From a bacterium (GTDB taxonomy: Bacteria > Arandabacterota > Arandabacteria > Arandabacterales > Arandabacteraceae): a DNA stretch of 64,000 nt. A model generated the notes under the pieces. That model was not told where the DNA came from and searched no databases. It was given only the letters and a program-made list of their open reading frames with translations. The stretch lies in assembly GCA_025774845.1 (NCBI GenBank), contig JALGZP010000001.1, positions 25,519 through 89,518 on the forward strand. The letters run 5' to 3'. A program made the position numbers and the translations under genes. Below are positions 25,782-36,100 of this stretch, in pieces; positions within the stretch are counted from its first letter, which is position 1; each line of letters starts with the position of its first letter.

Positions 25782-26471
25782 ATGGGACTCATCCGCATGA
25801 CGGGTATCGTCAAAGAATATGAAATGGGCGAAGCTATGGTTCATGCTTTGCAGGGGATAGAACTTGAAGTCAAGAGTGGTGAGTTCCTGGCCATCGTCGG
25901 ACCCTCGGGTTCGGGCAAGTCCACGCTCATGAATCTCATCGGATGCCTGGATAGACCTACCTCTGGCGAGTATTACCTCGACGGCCGCAAGGTTGACGAT
26001 CTGAGTGACGACGAACTCGCACGCATAAGAAACAAGAGCATCGGCTTTGTCTTTCAGACATTCAATCTTCTTCCCAGGACGAACTGCCTTCATAACGTGG
26101 AGCTGCCGCTCCTCTACTCTAATATCAGCAGGAAGAACAGGGAGAAGACGGCCCTTGAGATCCTCGAGCGGGTCGGGCTTGGCGACCGTGTGTATCACAA
26201 TCCAAATGAGCTCTCAGGTGGAGAGAGACAACGGGTCGCAATTGCCAGGGCCCTTGTCAACGATCCCACAATCGTTCTTGCCGACGAGCCCACAGGTAAT
26301 CTCGACAGCCGGACCGGGTCTGAGATCATGGCCATCTTGGAGGAGCTTAACAAAGAAGGTAAGACGATCGTGCTCGTCACCCACGAGAAGTACATCGCGG
26401 AATACTCGGCAAGAGTGATTTACCTCAAAGATGGCAGGGTGGTCAAGGAGGACGCCGAAATCCTACGCTGA
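25782..26471 (+). CDS. ABC transporter ATP-binding protein (MacB/LolD/FtsE-like), with no adjacent permease
   Basis: Walker [13 protein letters not shown] signature [15 protein letters not shown], Walker B IVLADEPT. Confidence 0.85.
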   Translation: MGLIRMTGIVKEYEMGEAMVHALQGIELEVKSGEFLAIVGPSGSGKSTLMNLIGCLDRPTSGEYYLDGRKVDDLSDDELARIRNKSIGFVFQTFNLLPRTNCLHNVELPLLYSNISRKNREKTALEILERVGLGDRVYHNPNELSGGERQRVAIARALVNDPTIVLADEPTGNLDSRTGSEIMAILEELNKEGKTIVLVTHEKYIAEYSARVIYLKDGRVVKEDAEILR

Positions 26472-27704
26472 TTTGGCGCCCTCAGGTTTATCGAGTCCCA
26501 GATCGGTGTGCAGCTTCTGTATCGCGCGAACGGCCTCCGTCTCTTTGACCGCGATGGTCATGGTGATCCCCGACGTTGAGATCATCTCCGGTTGGAGATC
26601 AAGCGATGCAAGTGAGGCAAGGATCTTCTTCGCTATGCCCGGCTTGCTGCAGAGACCGTGACCGACAACCGAAATCGTCGCTATCCCTTCGTCGGTATCG
26701 AGGTCTGCATCGGGGAGCACTTCTGAGATGCGGCCGAGTGCCGGTTCCTTTTGATCGCGCTGGAGCATCATGGAGATGATCCCCTTCCCAATGCTGCTGG
26801 CTGAGATCTGGAAAAACCTCACTCCGATGTCCGCGCCTTCAAGAGCTTCGAGCATACGTTCCGCAACACCTGCAGCGTCTCCGACATCTCTGACGCTTAT
26901 TCTGACAAGGTTTGAATCATGGGTGATTCCTCTTATCCCGGCAGTTTCGATTTCTTCCCTTGCTGTCACGATTGTCCCCATCTCCTTCCTGAAGGAGGAG
27001 CGCACATGCACTCTCACTCCGAATCGCCTTGCAACCTCGACACTCCTCCAATGAAGAACCTCCGCTCCGCAAAATGATAGTTCGAGCATCTCGTCATAGG
27101 ATATGATGTCGATCTTTTTAGCCCCGGGCACGAGACGCGGGTCGGCCGTGTAGATCCCATCCACATCTGTGAATATGTCGCACTCCTCTGCGTCAAAAGC
27201 CGCTGCGAGCGCTACGCAGGTTGTGTCGGACCCGCCCCTGCCAAGCGTTGTGACCTCTTTTGCGGGGCTTACACCCTGGAATCCGGCCACAATGACGATT
27301 CTCCCTTTCTTGAGTTCCTCCCCGACCCGGTGGGCTCTTACATCCAGTATTTTGGCCCGGGTATGGCTCGTATCGGTCACGATCCCGCTCTGGGAACCGG
27401 TGAAGGATATCGCCTCATATCCGAGATCGCTTATGGCCATTGAAAGAAGGGCCATAGATATCCTTTCCCCGGCGGTGAGCAGCATGTCGAGCTCCCGCTT
27501 CGGTGGTGTGGGGGATACCGTCGTTGCCAACTCGAAGAGCTTGTCGGTGGTGTCTCCCATGGCGGATACCACCACAATAACGTGCTTATCCTGTTTCTTC
27601 TCCCCGACCACATGCGCGGCGACCATCTTGATCCGGTCGGGTGAGGCAAGGGAAGTCCCCCCGAACTTCTGAACAACCAGCGCGCCCGATTTCAATTTCG
27701 CCAC
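26463..27704 (-). CDS. lysC: Aspartate kinase (monofunctional, with ACT domains)
   Basis: [16 protein letters not shown]...[11 protein letters not shown]...two C-terminal ACT domains. Confidence 0.9.
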   Translation of the reverse strand: MAKLKSGALVVQKFGGTSLASPDRIKMVAAHVVGEKKQDKHVIVVVSAMGDTTDKLFELATTVSPTPPKRELDMLLTAGERISMALLSMAISDLGYEAISFTGSQSGIVTDTSHTRAKILDVRAHRVGEELKKGRIVIVAGFQGVSPAKEVTTLGRGGSDTTCVALAAAFDAEECDIFTDVDGIYTADPRLVPGAKKIDIISYDEMLELSFCGAEVLHWRSVEVARRFGVRVHVRSSFRKEMGTIVTAREEIETAGIRGITHDSNLVRISVRDVGDAAGVAERMLEALEGADIGVRFFQISASSIGKGIISMMLQRDQKEPALGRISEVLPDADLDTDEGIATISVVGHGLCSKPGIAKKILASLASLDLQPEMISTSGITMTIAVKETEAVRAIQKLHTDLGLDKPEGAKSA

Positions 27705-27809
27705 GTTTCTCCTCGCTTTACTTCTTAGACGACGTTATGTTAAAGTGCTGGTTCAACGATTTGCAAGCGATATATAGTCCACGGTCGTGGCAGTAAGAAG
27801 GAGGCGAAC

Positions 27810-28448
27810 ATGTCGAGAACACTATGGCTGGTTGTTGCGGCCCTACTTGCACTTACTCTCGTGTTAGGTTGCGGTGGCCGTGCGGTCAAGCGTGCCCCGC
27901 TTGACTCGGTTACCCGGGATCTGGATGCCGAAACGAGAGTCGAGATGCTCGAGCAGTTGGCCGTCAGCTTTCCCGAGGATGCCAACGTATACTACGAGCT
28001 CGGCAATACCTACTATGAACAGACGCAGCCCGATGATGCCAGACGGAGCTATGAGAAAGCCCTTACTCTCGATCCCCAGTTGAACCCCGCCAGGGTAAAT
28101 CTGGCGATGCTCCTCGCCGAATCGGATGAGAGCGACAGTGCAAAGATCCTGCTCAAGAAAGCAATTGAAATCAATCCGAACGATGCCAAGGCCTATACCA
28201 ATCTCGGCGTCGTCTATTATACTGAGATGAACATCGATGCGGCCGTGAAGCAATTCACCAGGGCGCTTGAGATCGAACCGGGTAATCTCGAAGCACACTA
28301 TAACCTGGGACTTGCATTCGCGGAGTCCGGGCTGCTTGTCGAGGCGATAACCGAGTGGAGGCGGATCCTGGAGTTGGACGAGACCAGCGAGACCGCGGAG
28401 CGGGCAAGGCTTTCACTCGATCGCGCCGAGAGGGATCTAAAAAAGTAA
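27810..28448 (+). CDS. TPR-repeat lipoprotein
   Basis: Lipobox LVLGC, then TPR repeats (YYELGNTYYEQ..., AKAYTNLGVVYY...). AAGGAGG ribosome-binding site upstream. Confidence 0.75.
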   Translation: MSRTLWLVVAALLALTLVLGCGGRAVKRAPLDSVTRDLDAETRVEMLEQLAVSFPEDANVYYELGNTYYEQTQPDDARRSYEKALTLDPQLNPARVNLAMLLAESDESDSAKILLKKAIEINPNDAKAYTNLGVVYYTEMNIDAAVKQFTRALEIEPGNLEAHYNLGLAFAESGLLVEAITEWRRILELDETSETAERARLSLDRAERDLKK

Positions 28449-28453
28449 CGGAT

Positions 28454-28482
28454 TGACACCGATTGGCCGATTTGTTAATGTC
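28454..28482 (+). promoter_or_regulatory. Putative promoter with a perfect -35 TTGACA
   Basis: TTGACA at 28454-59. The -10 is weak (TTAATG / AATGTC region). Sits upstream of the TPR gene starting at 28537. Confidence 0.3.
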
Positions 28483-28536
28483 TGGCGTCAAGAATCATAT
28501 TGTACCCTTAAGAGCGTATTGAAAGGAGCGGAATCA

Positions 28537-29679
28537 ATGGCGGTGAGAATCGCAACGGTTTCCTTTCTGGTTGCTGCACTGGCACTGGTGATCGGATGCG
28601 TAAGCCAGCAGGCATCCGACACACCTAGGCCATCTCCGGATAGAGACGACGTGGAGGTCAGCGAGGTCGACAAGCATTACTACCTGGGGGCAGAGTACCT
28701 GAGAAACGACATGTTCGGGGAAGCCACGAGGGAGTTCCTGGCTGTACTGGAGATCGATCCCAATTATCAGAAGGCTTACACGAACCTGGGTTTCATATAC
28801 CTTCAGCAGGGACGGCTTACCGAGTCGATCAAGGCGTATTATAAGGCCGTCGAGTTGTCGCCGAACGACGCCGAGGGACATGCGGGATTGGCCTGGTCCC
28901 TCATGGCCGACGGCCAGTTCAAGGAGGCGACAGAGGAATACAGGATCGCCACCAAACTGGCGCCGAAGGATCCCGACAACTTCCTCAATCTCGGGGCTGC
29001 ATTTGACAAACAGGGGCTTCTGCCCGAGTCGATCGAGGCCTACCGGAAGGCCGTGGAACTCGCTCCCGACAATCTCAGCAACGTGTTGACCCTGGGCAAC
29101 CTGCTTTATGAGAACGAGCTATTCGTGGATGCAATAAGCGTTTACACGCAGGCCGTCACACTGGCCCCTGACGACTTCAATGTCGTAAAGACACTCGGCT
29201 GGCTGTATCTCAAGGTAGAGGACTACGAGTCCTCCATCGGGTTCTACGAGAAGGCCGCAGCGATGAAGCCTGAAGATGGCCAACTGAGGTACTGGCTTGC
29301 TGCCTCATACGACAAGATCGGGAACGCCTCGAAGTCCATAGAGCATATGGAGAAGGCGCTTGAGCTCAATCCGGACAACCCCGACTTCTACTGGCTTCTG
29401 GCCGACCAGTATGTAAGGGCAAAGAGGTACAGTGACGCGATATCGGTTGTCCGGCGGGAACTTGAAATCAGACCGAACAGTGCGGCCGCATACTGCATCT
29501 GGGGCAAGGCTCTGGAGAAGCAGGGTGACTACGAAGGGGCCATCATCAAGTTCCAGAAGGGTGTGGATTGTAACGATCCTGCCTGGCATGACTATGGCAT
29601 CAAGGAAATAGAACGCCAGAAGAAACTGATTGAACGGCGTGACCTCATCAAGGAACAGGAAGAGCTCGACGCGGAATAA
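28537..29679 (+). CDS. TPR-repeat lipoprotein
   Basis: AAAGGAG ribosome-binding site at 28522-28, lipobox LVIGC, eight or more TPR repeats. Confidence 0.75.
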   Translation: MAVRIATVSFLVAALALVIGCVSQQASDTPRPSPDRDDVEVSEVDKHYYLGAEYLRNDMFGEATREFLAVLEIDPNYQKAYTNLGFIYLQQGRLTESIKAYYKAVELSPNDAEGHAGLAWSLMADGQFKEATEEYRIATKLAPKDPDNFLNLGAAFDKQGLLPESIEAYRKAVELAPDNLSNVLTLGNLLYENELFVDAISVYTQAVTLAPDDFNVVKTLGWLYLKVEDYESSIGFYEKAAAMKPEDGQLRYWLAASYDKIGNASKSIEHMEKALELNPDNPDFYWLLADQYVRAKRYSDAISVVRRELEIRPNSAAAYCIWGKALEKQGDYEGAIIKFQKGVDCNDPAWHDYGIKEIERQKKLIERRDLIKEQEELDAE

Positions 29680-29699
29680 ATCCCTGGGGTCGACCCGCT

Positions 29700-29764
29700 G
29701 GGGTCAGAGCTCGAAAATTGCGCGTGCCGAAACCTGGCACGCGCAATTTTCGAGCTCTGCCCCC
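29700..29764. repeat. Near-perfect 29-bp-stem hairpin built from an inverted pair of REP-like repeats (GGGGTCAGAGCTCGAAAATTGCGCGTGCC / gaaacct / GGCACGCGCAATTTTCGAGCTCTGCCCCC)
   Basis: One mismatch in 29 bp. Lies 20 nt after the TPR gene stop and 75 nt before tRNA-Ser(TGA). Could serve as a terminator or insulator. Confidence 0.85.
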
Positions 29765-29838
29765 ACTTGACCCCTTTGTTCTTGACACTCCCGTAACCTG
29801 TTATTATACAATAGATGTAGCCGGATTCCCCGATTTGT

Positions 29839-29925
29839 GGAGGGATGGGCGAGCGGTCGAAGGCGGCGGTCTTGAAAACCGTTGACCGATAAGGTCCGTG
29901 GGTTCGAATCCTACTCCCTCCGCCA
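29839..29925 (+). tRNA. tRNA-Ser (anticodon TGA)
   Basis: GGAGGGA acceptor stem pairing with TCCCTCC, anticodon loop CTTGAAA, long variable arm, CCA encoded. Confidence 0.85.
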
Positions 29926-29947
29926 TCTGCGTTTCCGGAGGAACCGG

Positions 29948-30041
<94 letters not shown>

Positions 30042-30078
30042 CTAAACATGGTAACGGAGGAAGATTGGCATGGAGAAT

Positions 30079-30152
30079 GCGCCTGTAGCTCAATTGGATA
30101 GAGCGCGTGGCTACGGACCACGAGGTTGCGGGTTCGAGTCCTGCCGGGCGCG
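30079..30152 (+). tRNA. tRNA-Arg (anticodon ACG)
   Basis: GCGCCTGTAGCTCAATTGGATAGAGC..., anticodon loop CTACGGA, T-loop GGTTCGAGTCC. CCA is not encoded. Confidence 0.85.
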
Positions 30153-30185
30153 CTCCTTATACTAAGTGATGTGGGGGGTAAGAAG

Positions 30186-31064
30186 ATGAGAATCGCTGTG
30201 GTGACTTTGACTGCCGTATTGGTTTTGCTGGCCGTTGGCCAGGGGGGACCCGAAGCGAGAACGTTGCGTGTGCCGGGAGACTTCAAGGGTGTTCAGGAGG
30301 CGGTCTATGAGGCAACGTACGGCGACACGATACTGGTGTCTCCGGGAACTTACAAGGTACAGGCCAGACTGAGAAGCGGGGTTAAGATCCTCTCATCAGA
30401 GGGGCCTGACTCCACCTTCTTGTGGAACAGGCGCTGGCATATCCTCCAGTTGTCCGGTTGCGATCTGGAGACCGAGGTCTCGGGCTTCACCTTCGAGGGC
30501 AAAGGCTGCAACATTTGTCTCCCCTGTACCACGGGGGCGCCGGCGATCACTGGTAACGTGATCAGGGACTCCTGGGACGGCATCAATCTGTTCAGGTGCA
30601 ATGCTCTTATCAGTGGCAACACGATAACCGGCTGTAACCGGGGCATTCACCTTGAATACAGCGACCCGGAGCTGATAGAGAACCGGTTCTCCCAAAACGG
30701 CGACGGGGTGTCAATGATCGCCGGTGCGCCCGTGATCGCCAGGTGCACGTTCGAGAACAATAGCAGAGCAGTCCTTATCTTCGGGCACTCCTATCCGACA
30801 ATCGGAGGCTCACTGACTACCGCAAACGACATTCTTATGAACGGCTACACCATCTACAATAAGGGTCTTCGCACAGAAGGTCCCCTGTATACCGATGAGA
30901 ACGAAGTCGCTGTTGCGACTCACAACTACTGGGGAAGCGATTGCCCGGATGGCAAGCGAAACCGGGGAGAGGTCGCTTACACTCCATGGACCAACGCGGC
31001 GCATGATTCAGTGTTTTACGATTGTCCGGAGGCGCCGGTCTCAGAAGAGGATGCACCTGAGTGA
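30186..31064 (+). CDS. Secreted right-handed beta-helix protein (NosD/pectate-lyase-like repeats)
   Basis: Signal peptide, then parallel beta-helix repeats (ITGNVIRDSWDGINLFRCNALISGNTITGCNRGIHLEYS...). The ORF-track start at 30126 lies inside tRNA-Arg, so ATG 30186 is used. Confidence 0.65.
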   Translation: MRIAVVTLTAVLVLLAVGQGGPEARTLRVPGDFKGVQEAVYEATYGDTILVSPGTYKVQARLRSGVKILSSEGPDSTFLWNRRWHILQLSGCDLETEVSGFTFEGKGCNICLPCTTGAPAITGNVIRDSWDGINLFRCNALISGNTITGCNRGIHLEYSDPELIENRFSQNGDGVSMIAGAPVIARCTFENNSRAVLIFGHSYPTIGGSLTTANDILMNGYTIYNKGLRTEGPLYTDENEVAVATHNYWGSDCPDGKRNRGEVAYTPWTNAAHDSVFYDCPEAPVSEEDAPE

Positions 31065-31109
31065 TCCGGTTCCGGCCTTTATCCCGGAGCCACACCAGTG
31101 TAGCTGTCC

Positions 31110-33161
31110 GTGTCCGGAGGTGGGATATTGCCTGAGATCTCCAGAGGGGATCGCAGGCTTCTACTTCTGATAGTCCTGATAGCCCTTGCTGTAAGGGTTG
31201 CCTACCTTATCGACATACGGGACTCACCCTATTTCGAGTATCCTGTTCTCGATTCCTTCTGGTATGACGCCAAGGCCGAAGATGTCTTGGCTGGAGACAC
31301 GCTCGCAAGCAGCGGATCTTTCAGGGTCCCGCTCTACACGTATTTCATCGCAGCGTGCTATTCGGTGTTCGGCCATGGATTCATGGCGCCCCTTGTGATC
31401 CAGGCCGTACTCGGAGCTCTGACCTGTGGGCTGTGTTTCCTTATAGCCCGGCGGCTCTTCGGGCGGTTGGCCGGGGTGGTCGCAGGTCTGGGATTTGCGT
31501 TTTACCGGATGGCCGTGTATTCCGACGGTGAGCTGCTGCCTACAACCCTCTTTATGTTCTTCATGTTACTGGCAGTGTACTTTATTCTGGCAGGGGCGCG
31601 CGCACGCCCCGCGTTAAACGGTCTGATGGCCGGGCTGCTTCTCGGCCTGGCGTTTCTGACGAGGCCGGACATACTGCCATTCGCTGTTTTCGCTGCCGTG
31701 GTCGTACTGGTCCTGCTGGGGTTTCGGAAGGGTATCCAGCTCGTTGTTCCGATGTGCGTGCTGATGATAGCCTTCATGCTGCTACTGGGCTACAGAAACC
31801 ATCTGGCGTTCGGTGAATTCCACGTGTTCTCGCCCCAGGGTGCCGTGAACTTCTATATCGGAAATGCCGGTTTCGCAGATGGCAAGACACCGGTGGCGCC
31901 TCCAACCAAGTATCCCTATCATGTCACTTCGGACCCGTCCGAGGATTCGATCACACTCGCATGTAAGCAGGCTGCCAAAGAGGTAGTGGGCAGGGAGCTC
32001 ACCGACAGGGAACTTTCGGGATACTACGTCCGGAAGACTTTCGGTGAGATAGGGAACGACTTCCCCCGCTGGCTTGGCCTGATTTCAAAAAAGGTCTACT
32101 ACTTCCTGAACTCCTACGAGCGCAGTGATATAAAGCTGATACCACGCTTTGTCGAGAGACATTCGGCAGTTCTGAGACTTCCGCTCGTCCCGTACGCGGT
32201 GATCATGCCCCTTGGAGTCGTGGGACTGGGCCTCTCAATCCTGCGAAGAAGGAAACGTGTCTGGATCATAATAGCAGGTCTCCTTGCCTTTGCGGCAAAC
32301 GCGCTTCTGTTCTTCGTGATCTGGAGATACCGTCTCCCCGTTGTCCCGTTCCTGGCTGTTCTTGCGGGTTACGCCGTCGCGGAAACCTGGACTGCATTAA
32401 GGGAACGGGCCTTCAGATCGGTCATATGGGTAGTCGGTATCGCACTTGTACTCGGTCTGATCTCGATATCAAGCTTCTGGCGGGTCGCTGAGGAGGACTG
32501 GGTGAGCCAGTACATAGCCAACGAGGGTGCACTCTTCATGAAGGCCGAAAGATACGAGGAGGCGACCGAGCTTTACAAGGAAGCGATAGAGGCCAATCCA
32601 TCGAATCCGGCAACATACTTCTATTTGGGCAAAGCCTATGCAACGCGTGGACTGATCAGCGAATCGAAAGAGATGATGGAAAAAGCCGTGATGCTGAATA
32701 CCGGCTACGCGCCGTTTGCCCATCTGACCCTCGGTGTGGCGCTTGCCAACAGCGGGGATTTCGGACCGGCAGCGTCAGAGTTCGAAATGGCGCTTGCTGC
32801 GGATAGCGAGCTCGGACTGGCCGCTTTCAATCTCGGCCTGTGTTTGATGAACCTCGGCCGTAACGACGAAGCAGAAAAAGCCTTCACACGTGCTGAGTTT
32901 CTTTGTAAAGATGATAGTGGGGTGTTGGTGGCCATTGCCCGGGCATTCGTCAACATGGGCCGGCAGGAGAAGGGGATCATGCTTGCGCAGACCGTGCTTC
33001 GGGACGATCCTCACAATCCGGAGGCCCTCTATACAGTCGGTCTTGGGCTGGAAGGGCAGGGAAGAGTTCCCGAGGCGATTGCCTACTTCGAAAGAGCGCT
33101 CAGGTACCTTCCATCATCTCCGGAGATAAGACAGAAGATACTCGACCTCAAGAGGCGGTAG
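31110..33161 (+). CDS. GT39/ArnT/PMT-like membrane glycosyltransferase fused to C-terminal TPR repeats
   Basis: About 11 N-terminal transmembrane helices with GT-C-fold features, then five or more C-terminal TPR repeats. GTG start. Confidence 0.6.
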   Translation: MSGGGILPEISRGDRRLLLLIVLIALAVRVAYLIDIRDSPYFEYPVLDSFWYDAKAEDVLAGDTLASSGSFRVPLYTYFIAACYSVFGHGFMAPLVIQAVLGALTCGLCFLIARRLFGRLAGVVAGLGFAFYRMAVYSDGELLPTTLFMFFMLLAVYFILAGARARPALNGLMAGLLLGLAFLTRPDILPFAVFAAVVVLVLLGFRKGIQLVVPMCVLMIAFMLLLGYRNHLAFGEFHVFSPQGAVNFYIGNAGFADGKTPVAPPTKYPYHVTSDPSEDSITLACKQAAKEVVGRELTDRELSGYYVRKTFGEIGNDFPRWLGLISKKVYYFLNSYERSDIKLIPRFVERHSAVLRLPLVPYAVIMPLGVVGLGLSILRRRKRVWIIIAGLLAFAANALLFFVIWRYRLPVVPFLAVLAGYAVAETWTALRERAFRSVIWVVGIALVLGLISISSFWRVAEEDWVSQYIANEGALFMKAERYEEATELYKEAIEANPSNPATYFYLGKAYATRGLISESKEMMEKAVMLNTGYAPFAHLTLGVALANSGDFGPAASEFEMALAADSELGLAAFNLGLCLMNLGRNDEAEKAFTRAEFLCKDDSGVLVAIARAFVNMGRQEKGIMLAQTVLRDDPHNPEALYTVGLGLEGQGRVPEAIAYFERALRYLPSSPEIRQKILDLKRR

Positions 33162-33169
33162 ACTTTGCG

Positions 33170-36100
33170 ATGAAGCGTCGGCCGGCAATTGGACTACTGG
33201 TTTTGCTTGCGATCCTCTTTGCGGGGAGACCTGTGAATTCAGTGCCCCTGAGACCGGACATGCTCGAAAGGCTGCATAGCGAGGGCCAGGTGGACCGGGT
33301 CAGGCAGATGCTGGAGCTTGAACGGGCCGAGGAACCCATCGATCGAAATGTCATGACGGCCGGTTCGCTCAGGGCCCTGGTGCTGATGATCGACTTCGAC
33401 GACATGCCCGCCGATACGATCCTCCATTCCAAGCAGCACTTTCACGATATGCTCTTCAGCCTCGACAACGAGCTGAGCATGCGAAACTACTACCTCTGGA
33501 GTTCCTACGGGTCACTTGATATCACGGGCGAGATATACGGGTGGTTCAGAGTGAAAGAGCCACTCTCATACTACGCCAACAGCAATGCCGGTATGGATGT
33601 GTATCCCAGGAATGCTCAGAAGATGATTGAAGATGCCATCGATTCGGCAGATGCCTGGGTGGATTTCTCGCAGTATGACAATGACGGACCCGATGGCCTT
33701 CCCAACAGCGGCGACGACGACGGCTATGTCGATTTCCTCATGGTCGTCCATGCCGGGCAGGGCTACGAGCAGACGATGAACCCGGGGCACATCCATTCGC
33801 ACGTCTCCACGATCAGGGCCAGGCCGGTGGATGGTATACACGCCAGAATGTATTCCACCGAGCCTGAGGACGGCCCGGTGGGGACGTTTGCGCATGAACT
33901 CGGTCACCTGCTGGGATTACCAGACCTGTATGACATAACACTTAACACTTACGGGCTTGGGATGTGGTCGCTGATGTCTTATGGCTCCTGGGGTGAAGGG
34001 GGGCGCCGCCCGGTAGGATTTGACCCATGGTCGAAGACCCAACTGGGTTTCATCGAACCGGTTGTGATCGACAGCAACTACGTGGGGTACGAGCTCCCTT
34101 GTATTGAAGATGGACCGCACGCGCTGAAGATGTGGAGCGAAGGCGAGATGGGGCAGCAGTACTTCATGGTTGAGAACAGGAGAATGAAGGACTGGGATTC
34201 CTGGCTGAGTTGGTTTGATGAGGGGCTGCTTGTCTACCACGTTGATGAGAGATACAGAGACAATTCGAGCGATTCCAAGCACCTGATAAGTCTCGAGCAG
34301 GCGGATGGAAGGTTCGATCTTGAGCAGAGGAGGTTCTGGGGTTTCGGGTCGGATGGAGGAGATCCCTATCCGGGAGAGACCGGCAACAGAACATTCAGCT
34401 GGTGGACAACCCCGGACAATCAATCAAATGAGGGTAGCCCTACTCAGGTAAGTCTGCGGAACATCAGCGACCCCGGCGATGTTATGACATTCGATGTCGA
34501 AGTCTGGTCGCCTGTGATCCTCTTTGAAGATCACCAGATCGATGACGAATCGGGAGATGATGACGGTGAGCTCGACCCCGGTGAGGATATAAACCTGGGT
34601 CTAAGATTCAGGAACCGCGGCATAGCCTGTGAGGATATCACGGTCACTCTGCGGACGGATGATCCTCACATAAGCCCCGGTGAGGCTGTGGTTTCGCTTG
34701 AACTGATTCCGGGTGGTTCCGTCTCTGAGTTCTCGAGCGTATCCATACACATAGACGAAGACGTTCCCGAGCCCTACGATGTTGAGTTCGAGGTTTCAAT
34801 CGAGGGCGCTCATGCCTACGGGAGCTACCAATCCACGGATGGGTTCGTGCTTGGGGTCCCGGTGAGAAGATTGCAGGGCTGGCCAGTGACCGCCGGCGGC
34901 GGTATGACCGCTTCGCCGGCAGTGGCCGATCTGGATGACGACGGTGTTAAGGATATCATCGTCGGTAGCAATGACGGGTTGGTCTATGCCTGGAAGCGGG
35001 ATGGAACGCCTGTCCCCGGCTGGCCGGCGGTTGTCGGGGGTGCCGTGCAATCGAAACCTGCCGTCTGTGACATCGATCTGGATTTCAGATCCGAAGTGGT
35101 TGTGACCTCAAGAAACGGAACCGTACATGCGTTCGAGGATGACGGTACCCGGTGTCCGGGATGGCCCCGGTCTACCGGAGGCCAGATCCTGGCTTCCGCG
35201 ATGCTTGCCGACATTGATGACGACGGTATCGTGGAGATAATCTGTGGTTCGACGGACGGCCTTGTGTATGCATGGAACGAGAATGGTGATCTGGTCAATG
35301 GCTGGCCTGTCCATCTGGGCGGGTTCGAGATATGGATGTCCGCTGCTGCCGCCGATGTCGATGGCGATCACCTTGAAGAAGTCGTAATCGGTGCCTACGG
35401 TGGACCGCTGTATGTCATAGACGGGAACGGCCAAGTTCTCGACGGTTGGCCCTCACCGGTGGGGCGAGGTTGTGGCGACGGTTCGCCGTCCATCGCGGAC
35501 TTCGACGGCGACGGTAAACTCGAGATAGCGATTTCGGGTCTGTTCTCAAACTCGATCTACCTGGTTAGTCTGGAGGGCAAGGTGAGGCCCGGTTGGCCCA
35601 GATGGCCGTTCAACTGCCATGAACTCAGCAGCCCGGTTCCCGCAGACATCGACGACGATGGCCTGCCCGAGGTCGCGGTGTCGACTTCGTGCGGTACCAT
35701 AGTTGCATGGAATGCGAACGCTACCCAGTGCAACGTCATAGAGGCGGATGCTCCGGATCCCATCCTTCGATGTGAACCCATCTTCCTTGATATTGACGGC
35801 AATGGCAGCATCGAAGGACTGGTCGGTACTTCAGACTTCGGTGACGGCGAGGTATATGTTTTCGGAAGCGAAGGTGTGCTCACAGGATTTCCGATTGACG
35901 TCGGCGGGGAGATCGCGGCCACACCTGTGGTTGATGATCTCGATGGCGACGGCAATGCTGAGATAGTGGCTGCCACAAAGACTGGCCAGGTCTACGTATG
36001 GCGTTTCGTAGGTCCGAAGCAGACGGGAAGGATCGAGTACTCGCAGTCGAGGTCCAACATCTGGAATACAGGTCACTATGGTTTTGTTCCTCATGACAAC

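Noticed and set aside
30126-30185. Upstream part of ORF 30126-31064
   Set aside because: It lies inside tRNA-Arg(ACG). The real start is ATG 30186, followed by a signal peptide.
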